Part shown: piece after piece, positions 43,667 through 54,063 of the stretch
Position numbering within the stretch: position 1 is the first letter of the stretch
How the letters are laid out: every line of letters starts with the position of its first letter
The notes under the pieces: generated by a model
The model's input: the letters and a program-made list of their open reading frames with translations, nothing else
What the model was told of the DNA's origin: nothing
Database searches by the model: none
DNA from: a virus
Taxonomy: Duplodnaviria; Heunggongvirae; Uroviricota; Caudoviricetes
Virus record (IMG/VR): IMGVR_UViG_3300046000_008568
Location: 94,501 to 158,500 of that record
Reading direction: 5' to 3' (one strand)
Length of the DNA stretch: 64,000 nt
Program-made: the position numbers and the translations under genes

Positions 43667-43918
43667 ATGAAAATAAGAACTATGGAAGAACAAGGTATAT
43701 TATTAGAACACGCATCATTTAGTTTCTCACAAGACGCCAATTGTCTATCAGATCAAGACGAATATGAATTTTTAGAGATAAAAGCACATTCAAGTATAGG
43801 AATAGATAGAGATGAAGATTGTTTCTTTGTATTAAAAACAGAGAAATGGTCAGTAGATTCGGCAAAAGACCTAGAAGAGTTATTTGATAGAATAAGACAA
43901 GTAGTAATAAAAAAATAA
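43667..43918 (+). CDS. hypothetical protein
   Basis: 83 aa; upstream TTCGTATATTTAGAGC is a promoter-cassette variant. Confidence 0.4.
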   Translation: MKIRTMEEQGILLEHASFSFSQDANCLSDQDEYEFLEIKAHSSIGIDRDEDCFFVLKTEKWSVDSAKDLEELFDRIRQVVIKK

Positions 43919-43921
43919 ATT

Positions 43922-44263
43922 ATGTCAACACTAGAATCACAATACAAAGAGTTCATTAAATTAAACCCAAGGGCCGACTTATCGTTTGAAGAATGGGAGA
44001 AGATAAATGCTAGATTAATTAAACAAGCTCTAATCAATATGATGAAAGCGGATGAGGATTTAGGATTGTATGACGAAACAACTAAATGTTATTGTGGGCA
44101 TACTACAACTTGTGATTGTGGACCCGAAGAACCTAAACAAGAAACACTTTATAGTGAGGAAGAAGTTATAGACATAGCAAAACAAGCTTTTGTACTTGGA
44201 AAAGATTTTGGATTAATAGGTACATTTAAAGAATGGTTTGACACAGTTAAAAAGAAATCATGA
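43922..44263 (+). CDS. hypothetical protein with Cys cluster
   Basis: 113 aa; CYCGHTTTCDC. Confidence 0.4.
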   Translation: MSTLESQYKEFIKLNPRADLSFEEWEKINARLIKQALINMMKADEDLGLYDETTKCYCGHTTTCDCGPEEPKQETLYSEEEVIDIAKQAFVLGKDFGLIGTFKEWFDTVKKKS

Positions 44264-44509
44264 TAATATACATGAACGCTACCATAGAATGGGCCGGTCC
44301 TCTTTATCCGGAATATTTTAAAAAAATAATGGCCGAGGGTGAATTACGCCACACAAAAGATGATGTACCATACTTAGTGTTAGAGGATAAACCGGCGCAA
44401 ATAACGCAAGTATAGCGCAAATTCGCGCGTGTCAAGTATTTTTACACGGTCTTATATTCATATGGTTTCAATATATTTATACCCAGCATTTAATATAAAT
44501 TAAAAAATA

Positions 44510-44992
44510 ATGACCAATAACTTTGATTTAAAATCGTTTTTAATAAAAAATAAAATGACCCGCAATTCAAAGCTTCTAGCTGAGGGTTCTGATAGTTTCA
44601 ATGAGCAAGATGAGGAAATAATAGTTGAACTTGACGATTACTTAATTAATAAAGCTTTAGATTTTAATGATGTAGATTGTGACGAGAAAGTTGAATTTCG
44701 TAAAACTCATTTTAAATGTACATATAGAGTAGAGACATCTGAATTGAATTACTCTTTAATACTTAGTACTACTTTTCTTTTTGATGGTGATGAAGATGGT
44801 GGTTTTCAAGGAGATTATATTACACTTACTGATTTTGACAAAATAGGTCCTTCATGGGAAGAATATGAAGATGAGTTGATAGATTTTGATGATGTTGATA
44901 TCGAATCATTAAATCGTAAAACACAAAATAGATTAGAACAAATTTTTGAGGAATTAAAAACCGATTGGTACGACGATCAATTTAATAATTAA
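44510..44992 (+). CDS. acidic hypothetical protein
   Basis: 160 aa. Confidence 0.45.
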   Translation: MTNNFDLKSFLIKNKMTRNSKLLAEGSDSFNEQDEEIIVELDDYLINKALDFNDVDCDEKVEFRKTHFKCTYRVETSELNYSLILSTTFLFDGDEDGGFQGDYITLTDFDKIGPSWEEYEDELIDFDDVDIESLNRKTQNRLEQIFEELKTDWYDDQFNN

Positions 44993-44994
44993 TT

Positions 44995-45279
44995 ATGGCA
45001 GAATATATATTACAAGATAAAGATAAAGCAGCATTTATAAATCGTATGAATAAAGTCCTATCTCAAATCGGATCTGGATTTGGTTTAGATCAAAGTAGCT
45101 TTGTTGACGTACCAGAGACGGAAGATGATGATAAATGTATCTTTATTGCTTCAACTGATGTTGAGGAAAAAGTAGTTGATTCTATGATCGACAAAAATGC
45201 GTTCACATATAAAGTAAAGAAAATTAGTGTAAACGAGATATTGAGAGAAATTAAACAACAACTACAAACTAAAAAATAA
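44995..45279 (+). CDS. hypothetical protein
   Basis: 94 aa. Confidence 0.4.
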   Translation: MAEYILQDKDKAAFINRMNKVLSQIGSGFGLDQSSFVDVPETEDDDKCIFIASTDVEEKVVDSMIDKNAFTYKVKKISVNEILREIKQQLQTKK

Positions 45280-45575
45280 TGAAAAAACAATTTATAACTG
45301 AAGCTAAACGCCTTCAAAAACTAGCTGGTATTATTACTGAATCCAAAGTGTTAAGCGAAGCTGTAACATTAGATGGAAAACAAGTAGATATTAATTCAAT
45401 TGAAATTGATAATATTGAAATGGAAGATTTTCCGGATTTTTCTGATGCTCAAATATCATATGCTGAATTTAAAGATGGTACTCCATTATCTGAAGATGAA
45501 TTAATGAGATTAGAAGATGAAAATTATGGTATCACTAATGAGTTAATTCACGATAAACAATTATACGATAGATAA
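45279..45575 (+). CDS. hypothetical protein
   Basis: 98 aa, ATGA overlap. Confidence 0.4.
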   Translation: MKKQFITEAKRLQKLAGIITESKVLSEAVTLDGKQVDINSIEIDNIEMEDFPDFSDAQISYAEFKDGTPLSEDELMRLEDENYGITNELIHDKQLYDR

Positions 45576-45608
45576 GAAATCTCCCCTTTGCGTTCTATTG
45601 CATTGGCT

Positions 45609-45637
45609 AACCCGTCCCTAAAAAGACGGGTTTTTTT
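45609..45637 (+). terminator. rho-independent terminator
   Basis: ACCCGTC-CCTAAAAA-GACGGGT followed by T7G. Confidence 0.6.
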
Positions 45638-45771
45638 GTCTTGCATCGTCTTGTATATATGTATTTATTGATGATGTATTGTGTCTGCTGCTCCTAAAAA
45701 TAATTTGGAAAAAACGTGGTTGCTCCAATTCCGCTTCGTATATTAAATTAAACCTTATAAATAATAAAAAA

Positions 45772-45957
45772 ATGAAATACAAAGAACAAGCCCTTAGAAA
45801 AATTGAAAAAATTGATCACAAAGTTGCTGCTTTAGAGAGTACAATTAGTCGTAGTGAAGATATGAGCGTTATCGCTGGTGCCTTTAGAGAAATGAGAGAA
45901 GCTGTGGCTAGCTTAAGAGATACTATCTCTATCGAGAATGATGAAATGAATTACTAA
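45772..45957 (+). CDS. hypothetical coiled-coil protein
   Basis: The ATG at 45772 is preferred over the track start at 45679; 61 aa. Confidence 0.35.
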   Translation: MKYKEQALRKIEKIDHKVAALESTISRSEDMSVIAGAFREMREAVASLRDTISIENDEMNY

Positions 45958-45959
45958 AT

Positions 45960-46241
45960 ATGATTACCTTTATTATTATATTAATCCTTTTAGCAGGTGT
46001 ATTAGGTTATACTTCCTATAACTTATTTAAAAAAGTAGAGACACTAGAGAAAATGGTTGATGGTCAAGATAGATACATCCAACAGTTTTCTAATGCTGTT
46101 GACGTTACTAATAGAAGATTGGGAGAAATTGATGACAAGGGAACATTTCAATCTGATGATGAAATAGGATGGTTTTTCGAAAGCATTAAAACACTTCAGA
46201 ATGAACTAAACGACTTTAACCTTAATGGAACTAGAAACTAA
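45960..46241 (+). CDS. membrane-anchored protein
   Basis: 93 aa with an N-terminal TM helix. Confidence 0.4.
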   Translation: MITFIIILILLAGVLGYTSYNLFKKVETLEKMVDGQDRYIQQFSNAVDVTNRRLGEIDDKGTFQSDDEIGWFFESIKTLQNELNDFNLNGTRN

Positions 46242-46980
46242 TATACCCGTTATCGAGCTGACCAAATCTGGTCAGCCTCGTAAACGTAAACCCAAAACAT
46301 CCAATACTTACTTTACTGAAGATACTCAAAATGCTATTTTAGAATATGTGGCTTCAACTAACCAGGACTTTAGAGATAAGGTGTATCGTGAGCGTATAGA
46401 ATATGGGTTCTTTAAATTAACACAAAATATCATACATACTTTTAAGTTTTACTATACTGATGGTGAATCTATAGAAGATGTGCAGCAGGAAGTAATTGCT
46501 TTTTTACTTGAAAAACTTAGATTATATAAACCGGAGAAAGGTAAAGCATATTCCTATTTTGGAACCATTACTAAACGTTATTTAATTCTTAAAAATAAGA
46601 AAAATTATCAAAAACTTCAAAACAAAGGTGACTTACTTGAAGTAGATGAGGATAAAACTATTAAAGAAGAAATTATAAACGATTATTACGGTAAAGATTA
46701 TAGCGTAAGTGAATTTATGGGTTTGTATATCAAATATATTGATAAACATCTTAATAGATTATTTCCTAAAGACCTTGATGCTAAAACAGCAGACGCTATT
46801 GTTGAACTGTTTCGTAAATGTGAATCGCTAGATATATTTAATAAAAAAGCACTTTACATATACATCCGTGAAATAGTAGATGTCGATACTCCCCAGATCA
46901 CTAAAATTATCAAAAAATTAAAAGTCACTTACGTTGAGCTATACAGCCAGTATTATTCAGACGGATATGTAAGAATATAG
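46225..46980 (+). CDS. late-transcription sigma factor, T4 gp55-like
   Basis: KGKAYSYFGTITKRY parallels the gp55 KKYSYFVHNVY core; it sits directly upstream of the baseplate genes. Confidence 0.45.
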   Translation: MELETNIPVIELTKSGQPRKRKPKTSNTYFTEDTQNAILEYVASTNQDFRDKVYRERIEYGFFKLTQNIIHTFKFYYTDGESIEDVQQEVIAFLLEKLRLYKPEKGKAYSYFGTITKRYLILKNKKNYQKLQNKGDLLEVDEDKTIKEEIINDYYGKDYSVSEFMGLYIKYIDKHLNRLFPKDLDAKTADAIVELFRKCESLDIFNKKALYIYIREIVDVDTPQITKIIKKLKVTYVELYSQYYSDGYVRI

Positions 46981-47017
46981 AGTTTTATAGCTTTTATATT
47001 TATAACCAAAAATAATT

Positions 47018-47374
47018 ATGGATTTTGAACAAGTAATGTGGGGTAATAAGAAATTTTCTGATTTACTCAAGGACATTTATAATAACTCAAAAGAGAAGGA
47101 AAAACAAATCAAAGAATTAATTGAGACATTAAAACCATTAGTTACTAATTCTCAATCAGCTCTTATGATTGTTCCTTTAATCGCCGAACATCTTAATATA
47201 AGCGTAAAGAATGATGACCAATTAATTAAATTGGCTAGTATAGTACAACGCGCTATGAATACTTCTTCTTCAGATGAAGCTGCTCATATGATTTTAAGCG
47301 AAGCAGAAAAACAACAACTATTCTCAGCGGTAAACGAAATCGGAGGTACTATTAACGGACCTAAAGCAGAGTAA
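47018..47374 (+). CDS. hypothetical protein
   Basis: 118 aa. Confidence 0.4.
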   Translation: MDFEQVMWGNKKFSDLLKDIYNNSKEKEKQIKELIETLKPLVTNSQSALMIVPLIAEHLNISVKNDDQLIKLASIVQRAMNTSSSDEAAHMILSEAEKQQLFSAVNEIGGTINGPKAE

Positions 47375-47376
47375 CT

Positions 47377-48576
47377 ATGAGAGTAAGAGATGGTTTAGCT
47401 CCTATTACGGCTAATATGGGGAATAACAATTACCAAACCCCTCAGGGATATAAAGTTGGTAAGGTTTATGCTGTTATGTTAAGTCCTTCTAGCGTTCCTA
47501 AAAAAATATGGGAAGATAACGGTGGTTGGGGTGGTATAGGTACTATTATTTATCAAGAATACAGAGAAGATATTGAGATATCTTTAAAAGATTTAACAGA
47601 TGAAGTGTTACTTACATTTAATACGGCTCTTCCTTTTTATCCTAATCAAAAATATTTTCCTTTACCCGGAGAAATAGTGTTATTGATGGATTTACCTTCT
47701 GCGCCATCCCCAATAACTAATAAAACAAATGAGACATACTACCAAAGTCCCATTAATGCTTGGAACAGTCCGCAATTTAACGGATTATTCTTAGATGATG
47801 ATAAAAATATACTTTATAATTCATTTATTGAAGATGGTGAATTTAGAGGTTTACAAACATTTGAAGGCGATTATATATTAGAAGGTCGATTTGGAAACTC
47901 AATTCGTTTCGGAAGTACAAATAAATCAGGAAATGAAGACTTATCTCCATGGTCTACTAACCCTATTGAATTAGCCAGTAACCCTATCATACTTCTATCC
48001 AACCAGCATAATTTTAAATTACCTGATTCTGAGTTGAATGTTGAAGATATTAATAAAGATGGGTCATCCATCTACCTAACATCCGACCAATCTATACCAT
48101 TAAACATAGGGAATGTTGCTCTAAGCAGTATAACCAACCCTATTAACTTAGCCGATTATACGAGCCCACAAGTTATTATAAATGCTGATAGGACGGTAAT
48201 TTCTTCTAAATCAGATGAAATTTTAATGTTTGGTAAGACGGGTATTGAATTATACTCACAAGGTCCTGTATATCTACAGAGTGCTAACGTCGGGTTAACA
48301 ATGCAGGATAATCAAATATATTTGGGTCCTTTTAGTAACAATTCAACAAGTCCGGAGCCTTTAGTTTTAGGACTCCAACTTCAAGAATGGCTTTCCGATT
48401 TAACAGTAGCCTTAAGTACGTTTGCTACCGTTTTAGGACCAACATTTTCTCAAGCAGAAGGAACTCTTCTTGAATCAGTAAATTCAGCCGCTAGTGCTCT
48501 CCAAGATTCTGTGGATAAATTGAATACAAGAATAGTAAAAGAAACCTTAATATCTAAAGTAACATATACAACATAA
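47377..48576 (+). CDS. putative baseplate hub/spike protein
   Basis: 399 aa; assigned from position at the head of the baseplate module, no motif-level support. Confidence 0.35.
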   Translation: MRVRDGLAPITANMGNNNYQTPQGYKVGKVYAVMLSPSSVPKKIWEDNGGWGGIGTIIYQEYREDIEISLKDLTDEVLLTFNTALPFYPNQKYFPLPGEIVLLMDLPSAPSPITNKTNETYYQSPINAWNSPQFNGLFLDDDKNILYNSFIEDGEFRGLQTFEGDYILEGRFGNSIRFGSTNKSGNEDLSPWSTNPIELASNPIILLSNQHNFKLPDSELNVEDINKDGSSIYLTSDQSIPLNIGNVALSSITNPINLADYTSPQVIINADRTVISSKSDEILMFGKTGIELYSQGPVYLQSANVGLTMQDNQIYLGPFSNNSTSPEPLVLGLQLQEWLSDLTVALSTFATVLGPTFSQAEGTLLESVNSAASALQDSVDKLNTRIVKETLISKVTYTT

Positions 48577-49919
48577 TGGCTGAAATTACTAAAGAACAAA
48601 AAATTGCTGCTGCTAAAAAGGCTCTAGAGGAAGCCAAAAAGGTATCCGATACTGCTCAGGCGCAATATACTAAAGCAGAAGCCTTATATAATAAAGCTAA
48701 AGTTGCGGCTTTGGCTATTCAAGCATTAGCCGCGGGAGCTGCCGCGGGTGTTGCTAGTGCGGCTAGTGGTCTTGCCTCTTCGGTTTCAAATGCCGCTGTT
48801 GCTAGTCAAGGAGCCGCAGCCGCTGCAGGATCTGCTATCGGTTCAGGTATAGGAGCCGCTCTTAGTCTTTTATCCCCGGAGGAAAGAGATAAAGAGATAA
48901 AGAAATATAAAGATGAGGCTAAAAAATTAGAAAGAAAAGCTCAAAAGGAATTAGAAAAAGCTAAAAAAGCTTATGATGGTGCCAAAAAACGTATTATTGT
49001 AATACAAGAGCAACTTAATATTTTATTTACTAAACGAACATTAAAAGAAAAAGCCGAACAGCAAAAAATATTATCTAAACAAAAAAATAAAAGAAATGGT
49101 GAAAAAGTAAAAAGGAATAAAGCTAAATTAAAAAAAGGATTAAAAAAAGTTCTTAAAGCAGCAGGCCCAATAGCTATTATATTTGCATTTGGAAAAATTT
49201 TAAATATTTATGTTACTCGATTATCTGATACGGTTTCTCAATTAAGTATATTAGTAGATAAAACTAACGATATTATACAAGCCGCTATAACTAAGCAAGA
49301 TATTCAAAAAGCAAAAGTATCACGAGACGCTGCTTTAGCTACTCTATCCGCTGCCGAGTCTCAGGTAAAAAGTTTTGAAAAGACTATTGAATCCATGGGA
49401 TTAGTAATTAATGTTATAACATTATTATTAAATATCGTGGCGGCTCTACCTACAGCCCCTTATCAAACAGCTACTATTGGTATATTAGCTACTCGAATAT
49501 TAGCTAAATTTAACCCTATTTTATTATCATTAAGTATTCTATTACAAGTATCTCAAGTTACCCTTGATAGTTTTTTATCTAGTATTGCCTACGAACGTTC
49601 TAGATTACTTCCTTTAAATGATGTTTTAGAACAAGCAGATGCTCAAGACCTAACACCAGAAGAAGTACGTGGATTATTAGCAGCCGCTAATAGTGGATTA
49701 GGTCCTGTGGTAGGAGTTGAATATAATGGATTTACTTTTTCTATAATTGAAGAAGAAGACCCTAACTTTGTGGTAGCAGGTAATAAACGTAGATACGCTG
49801 TTGCTCTAGATCGAAGTGGATTTGTAGTACTACAGTCTCCTCCGTCATTTACATTAGATCCTAATGTACTTATTGAAGAATTAAAATTAGAAATTAATAA
49901 ACGAAATCTTGAAGCTTAA
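48576..49919 (+). CDS. coiled-coil/transmembrane virion protein (tape-measure-like or internal protein)
   Basis: 447 aa; Ala/Lys-rich coiled coils and two hydrophobic segments; ATGA overlap. Confidence 0.35.
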   Translation: MAEITKEQKIAAAKKALEEAKKVSDTAQAQYTKAEALYNKAKVAALAIQALAAGAAAGVASAASGLASSVSNAAVASQGAAAAAGSAIGSGIGAALSLLSPEERDKEIKKYKDEAKKLERKAQKELEKAKKAYDGAKKRIIVIQEQLNILFTKRTLKEKAEQQKILSKQKNKRNGEKVKRNKAKLKKGLKKVLKAAGPIAIIFAFGKILNIYVTRLSDTVSQLSILVDKTNDIIQAAITKQDIQKAKVSRDAALATLSAAESQVKSFEKTIESMGLVINVITLLLNIVAALPTAPYQTATIGILATRILAKFNPILLSLSILLQVSQVTLDSFLSSIAYERSRLLPLNDVLEQADAQDLTPEEVRGLLAAANSGLGPVVGVEYNGFTFSIIEEEDPNFVVAGNKRRYAVALDRSGFVVLQSPPSFTLDPNVLIEELKLEINKRNLEA

Positions 49920-49930
49920 TATTTATAGAC

Positions 49931-50305
49931 ATGAAAACAAACGAATTAAAAAATCTTATTAAAGACGCCGTAAGAGAAGTTCTTAAGGAAGAATTAGCAG
50001 AATTAGGTAAACAAAAAATTAATGAATCTCTATCTAGAGGATTACCTTACAATCAAGTCCAATCTAATAACGGTAATGAGGCTTGGCCTACTATGAATTT
50101 CAATTCTAGTAACATTAATCCGGCTGCTAGTAAAGAAAGTATTCGCCAAACATTAATGGATCAAATGGGTATTGACGCACCACCTACGGCAGCTCCAACA
50201 ACATTCCAAGAAAAACAGAATGTTTATCAAAGCTTGCTTGCTCAAGTAGCAAATGATATGAGAAATAATCCTGCTGATTTAAGCAATTTTAGAAACGTTC
50301 AATAA
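49931..50305 (+). CDS. hypothetical structural protein
   Basis: 124 aa. Confidence 0.35.
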   Translation: MKTNELKNLIKDAVREVLKEELAELGKQKINESLSRGLPYNQVQSNNGNEAWPTMNFNSSNINPAASKESIRQTLMDQMGIDAPPTAAPTTFQEKQNVYQSLLAQVANDMRNNPADLSNFRNVQ

Positions 50306-50715
50306 TGGCTTATATAAGAAGTAATAGGGTTGACCCTAGGGATTTCCAAATCAATACTGCTATTGGGGTTGCATTACCTTTTAGTGCTCCTGGTGTCTTT
50401 AGTAGTGTATATTCTACTAGGGATCAAGTCAAATACAATCTTATAAACCTAATAATGACCTCTCAAGGAGAAAGAATTGAAAATCCTAATTTTGGTACAA
50501 TTCTAAAACAACAATTATTTGAGCAAATCTCAGAGCAAACATTTCCTATTATTAAAAGTAGTATAACCAATGCTGTTGAACAATATATGCCCGAAGTTGC
50601 TATAGATTCTATTGACATAGTACCATATGCCGATGATAATACTTTAGTAGTAACAATAAATTATAGAATACTTCTTTCTAATCAACCCGATATTATAACA
50701 ATTAACCTAGTATAA
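50305..50715 (+). CDS. baseplate wedge protein, gp25/GPW-like
   Basis: 136 aa; TSQGERIENPNFGTILKQQLFEQ fits the gp25-family core; ATGA overlap. Confidence 0.55.
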   Translation: MAYIRSNRVDPRDFQINTAIGVALPFSAPGVFSSVYSTRDQVKYNLINLIMTSQGERIENPNFGTILKQQLFEQISEQTFPIIKSSITNAVEQYMPEVAIDSIDIVPYADDNTLVVTINYRILLSNQPDIITINLV

Positions 50716-52526
50716 TGGCTCAAAACAAAAATATATCTTATCTAAATAAGAATTTTCTTCAATATAAAGCATCTCTTATTGAGTTTGCTAAAAATTACTT
50801 TCCGAACACATATACTGACTTTTCAGAAGCATCACCTGGTACTATGTTTATTGAAATGTCTTCATATGTTGGGGATGTTTTGTCATTTTATACAGATACC
50901 CAAATACAAGAAAATTTTGTATTAACGGCTAAAGAAAAGGAAAACTTATTGAATATGGCTTATTCTTTAGGATATCGTCCTAAGGCATCATATGCTTCTG
51001 TTACTACAGTTGATTTTTATCAAAGAGTTCCTATTTTAAATGGTGCTCCTAATTTAGATTACGCATTAATTATTCCTGAGAATACTCCTTTACAATCTAA
51101 TTCTTCTCAAACCAACTTTATAACTACTAAAAAGGTTGATTTTACTGACACGGGTTCGGTAAGTATTAGTTTGTATGATGGTAACAATTACTTATTTAAA
51201 AAATCAGTTAAAGCTATTTCTGCTACTATACAAACTGCAACTTTCTCATTTGGAGCTCCTGTAAAATTTAATTCTGTTGAAATAAATGATCCTAACTTTC
51301 TTCAAGTACTTCAAGTTACAGGAAGTGATGCTAGTCAGTGGTATGAAGTACCTTATTTAGCTCAATCTAATATAATAAATAGAACTACTAATACTGGTCC
51401 TTCACTTAACCAAGTACCTTATTTGCTAAGTTTATTAGAAACTCCTAATAGATATGTATCAAGAATTAGAACGGATGATATTATAGAATTACAATTTGGT
51501 TCAGGTATGTATGTAAACGACCCAGATAATGTACTTATTCCTACCCCAGATGCAATTCAATTAGGAATGGTTCCTTCTGTTGATACTTCTGATTTGATTA
51601 ATAACTACAATCAAGCTGCTGTATTTTACACTAAACAATATGGTACGGTGCCATCAAATATATCATTAACAGTTCAATATCTTTCAGGTGGTGGAGTTGG
51701 TGCTAACGTGACAGCAAATGATATTACTATAGTTGCTTCTAATGCTGGTATAACTGCTCTTAACCCAACATATACCAATGCGTCTCTCGCGACTTTACTC
51801 GTGAATAACGCAATACCTGCTACAGGTGGTAGAAGTGGTGATACAGTAGAAGAAATACGTTTAAACACGCTAAATGCATTTTCGGCACAATTAAGAGCTG
51901 TAAGTAAAGATGATTATATGAATCGTGCTTTAAGTATGCCTTCTGATTTTGGTACTATATCTAAAGTGTATGTTGAGCAAGCTTCTGCATTATCTGTTAA
52001 TACTGGTAATGATCCTTTAATTGATAATAATCCTTTAGCGTTATCAATGTATGTGTTGGCTTATGATGATAATAAAAAATTAGTTAACGCAACTACGGAT
52101 TTAAAAACTAACTTAAAAGAATATTTAGAACCATTTAGAATGGTTACAGATGCGGTTATTATTAAAGATGCCTATTATATTAATTTAGGTTTAAACTTTG
52201 ATATAACAGTTATTCCTGGGTTGAGTAATAATCAAATATTAACAGATTGTATAACTGCATTAGTTAACTATTTTGATATAGATAAATGGCAAATTAATCA
52301 ACCTATTATACTATCAAATATTAATGCTCTATTATTACAAATAAAAGGAGTACAATCATTAGTAAAACTTGAATTTACGAACAAATCCGGAGGTAATTAT
52401 TCTCCATATAGTTATGATGTTTCTGGTGCTTTTAGAAGTGGAGTTTTATATCCTTCTTTAGATCCGGCTACATTTGAAATAAGATACCCTGATTTAGACA
52501 TACAAGGTAGAGTTGTAACTTTTTAA
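50715..52526 (+). CDS. baseplate J/gp6-like protein
   Basis: 603 aa immediately after the gp25-like gene, with a TAATG overlap. Confidence 0.4.
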   Translation: MAQNKNISYLNKNFLQYKASLIEFAKNYFPNTYTDFSEASPGTMFIEMSSYVGDVLSFYTDTQIQENFVLTAKEKENLLNMAYSLGYRPKASYASVTTVDFYQRVPILNGAPNLDYALIIPENTPLQSNSSQTNFITTKKVDFTDTGSVSISLYDGNNYLFKKSVKAISATIQTATFSFGAPVKFNSVEINDPNFLQVLQVTGSDASQWYEVPYLAQSNIINRTTNTGPSLNQVPYLLSLLETPNRYVSRIRTDDIIELQFGSGMYVNDPDNVLIPTPDAIQLGMVPSVDTSDLINNYNQAAVFYTKQYGTVPSNISLTVQYLSGGGVGANVTANDITIVASNAGITALNPTYTNASLATLLVNNAIPATGGRSGDTVEEIRLNTLNAFSAQLRAVSKDDYMNRALSMPSDFGTISKVYVEQASALSVNTGNDPLIDNNPLALSMYVLAYDDNKKLVNATTDLKTNLKEYLEPFRMVTDAVIIKDAYYINLGLNFDITVIPGLSNNQILTDCITALVNYFDIDKWQINQPIILSNINALLLQIKGVQSLVKLEFTNKSGGNYSPYSYDVSGAFRSGVLYPSLDPATFEIRYPDLDIQGRVVTF

Positions 52527-52559
52527 TAACTCTATATTTATAGCAAATAAATAATATAA

Positions 52560-53696
52560 ATGGCCGTTTATAAAATATTTCCCGAAAAGGACACAACTAT
52601 CTATTCTGAATTTCCTGATCTTAATACAGGATTGGATTCTATATTAGAAGTAAAGAATACTGTTCCTACTTTAAATAGTGATACTCAAGTATCTAGAACA
52701 TTAATTCAATTTCCTTCTGATAAGATGTTAGAAGTTTCTGCTTTAATTTTTAATACAAATACTATCCCTGTTGTTGGTCCTGTTCCTCCATCTACTCCTA
52801 CGGGAATGTATAGTGCCTCTTTAAAATTATTCATAGCAGAAGCATATAACCTACCAGATAATTATACTTTATATTGCTACGCAACTTCACAATCATGGCA
52901 AGCAGGAACAGGAAGATATTTATATGATCCTCCTTATACTCAAGATTGTAATTGGTATAATAGAGATAACAGTAATGCGTGGCCTACTTCTAGTTTCTTT
53001 ACTGATACTACTGCTTCCTTTAACTTTAATACTCCTGGGGGTGGTGTTTGGTGGGATATATATTTTGGATCTCAATCGTTTATAATAAACACTACTAAAG
53101 ATACTAATATAAATGTTACTGATATTGTAGAGACATTTAATACTCCTGGTTTTTTAGAGAATAATGGATTCCTATTAAAATTTGAAGACCTGTATGAATT
53201 TAATGCTTCGTCTTCTTATTCATTAAAATTTTTTTCTAAAGACACTCATACTATATATCTTCCTCAACTTGAATTTGGTTGGGATGATAGTGTTTATAAT
53301 ACGGGATCATTATCTGTATTAGGAGATCAAAATGTAGCCGTTACTTTAGGTAATAATGTAGGGTTTTATAATGTAAATGATGTATGCCAATTCAGAGTAA
53401 ATGCACGACCTATTTATCCTCCTCGTCAATTTACAACCCAATCGGTATTTACTCTAAATAGTGCTTTACCTTCATCTTCTTATTATGCTATACAGGATTT
53501 AGACACAGAAGAATATGTTGTAAATTTTAGTGAAGAACATACCAAAATAAGTTGTGATACCGCAGGGAACTTTTTTACGTTATACACTGCTGGGTTTCAA
53601 CCCGAAAGATATTATAAAATATTGATTAAATCTACATTTAGTAATGGTTCATCTGTTATATATAATAACGATTATATTTTTAAAATAAATAAATAA
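52560..53696 (+). CDS. baseplate/tail-fibre-associated structural protein
   Basis: 378 aa, Asn/Thr/Ser-rich. Confidence 0.35.
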   Translation: MAVYKIFPEKDTTIYSEFPDLNTGLDSILEVKNTVPTLNSDTQVSRTLIQFPSDKMLEVSALIFNTNTIPVVGPVPPSTPTGMYSASLKLFIAEAYNLPDNYTLYCYATSQSWQAGTGRYLYDPPYTQDCNWYNRDNSNAWPTSSFFTDTTASFNFNTPGGGVWWDIYFGSQSFIINTTKDTNINVTDIVETFNTPGFLENNGFLLKFEDLYEFNASSSYSLKFFSKDTHTIYLPQLEFGWDDSVYNTGSLSVLGDQNVAVTLGNNVGFYNVNDVCQFRVNARPIYPPRQFTTQSVFTLNSALPSSSYYAIQDLDTEEYVVNFSEEHTKISCDTAGNFFTLYTAGFQPERYYKILIKSTFSNGSSVIYNNDYIFKINK

Positions 53697-54046
53697 TGGC
53701 TGAAATAATTCCGGTTCAGAATTTAATTTACAATAAGGGGACATTTACTAGAGTGATTAATACACAATTTAGTGAATTAAATTCTCCTCCAATTGTTATT
53801 CCTGAGACAACAGTAGATGCCTTTTTTGAATTATATGATGAATTATTTCCTATTATACCTAATGAAGGTGATATAAATTCGCATAGAGCAATTTTATTAA
53901 GAGAAGCTGAGTATTTAAATGTGCAATTAGCCGATGAAGCTGAAGTACAGGCTTTGCTACAGGAAATAACAGATTTAAGACAACAATTATTAGAAGCTGA
54001 AGTAAACACTGTTACAACATTAGCTCAAAATAATTTAAACATATAA
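53696..54046 (+). CDS. coiled-coil structural protein
   Basis: 116 aa with a C-terminal heptad coiled coil. Confidence 0.35.
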   Translation: MAEIIPVQNLIYNKGTFTRVINTQFSELNSPPIVIPETTVDAFFELYDELFPIIPNEGDINSHRAILLREAEYLNVQLADEAEVQALLQEITDLRQQLLEAEVNTVTTLAQNNLNI

Positions 54047-54063
54047 TAAACAAATAACTGTTA

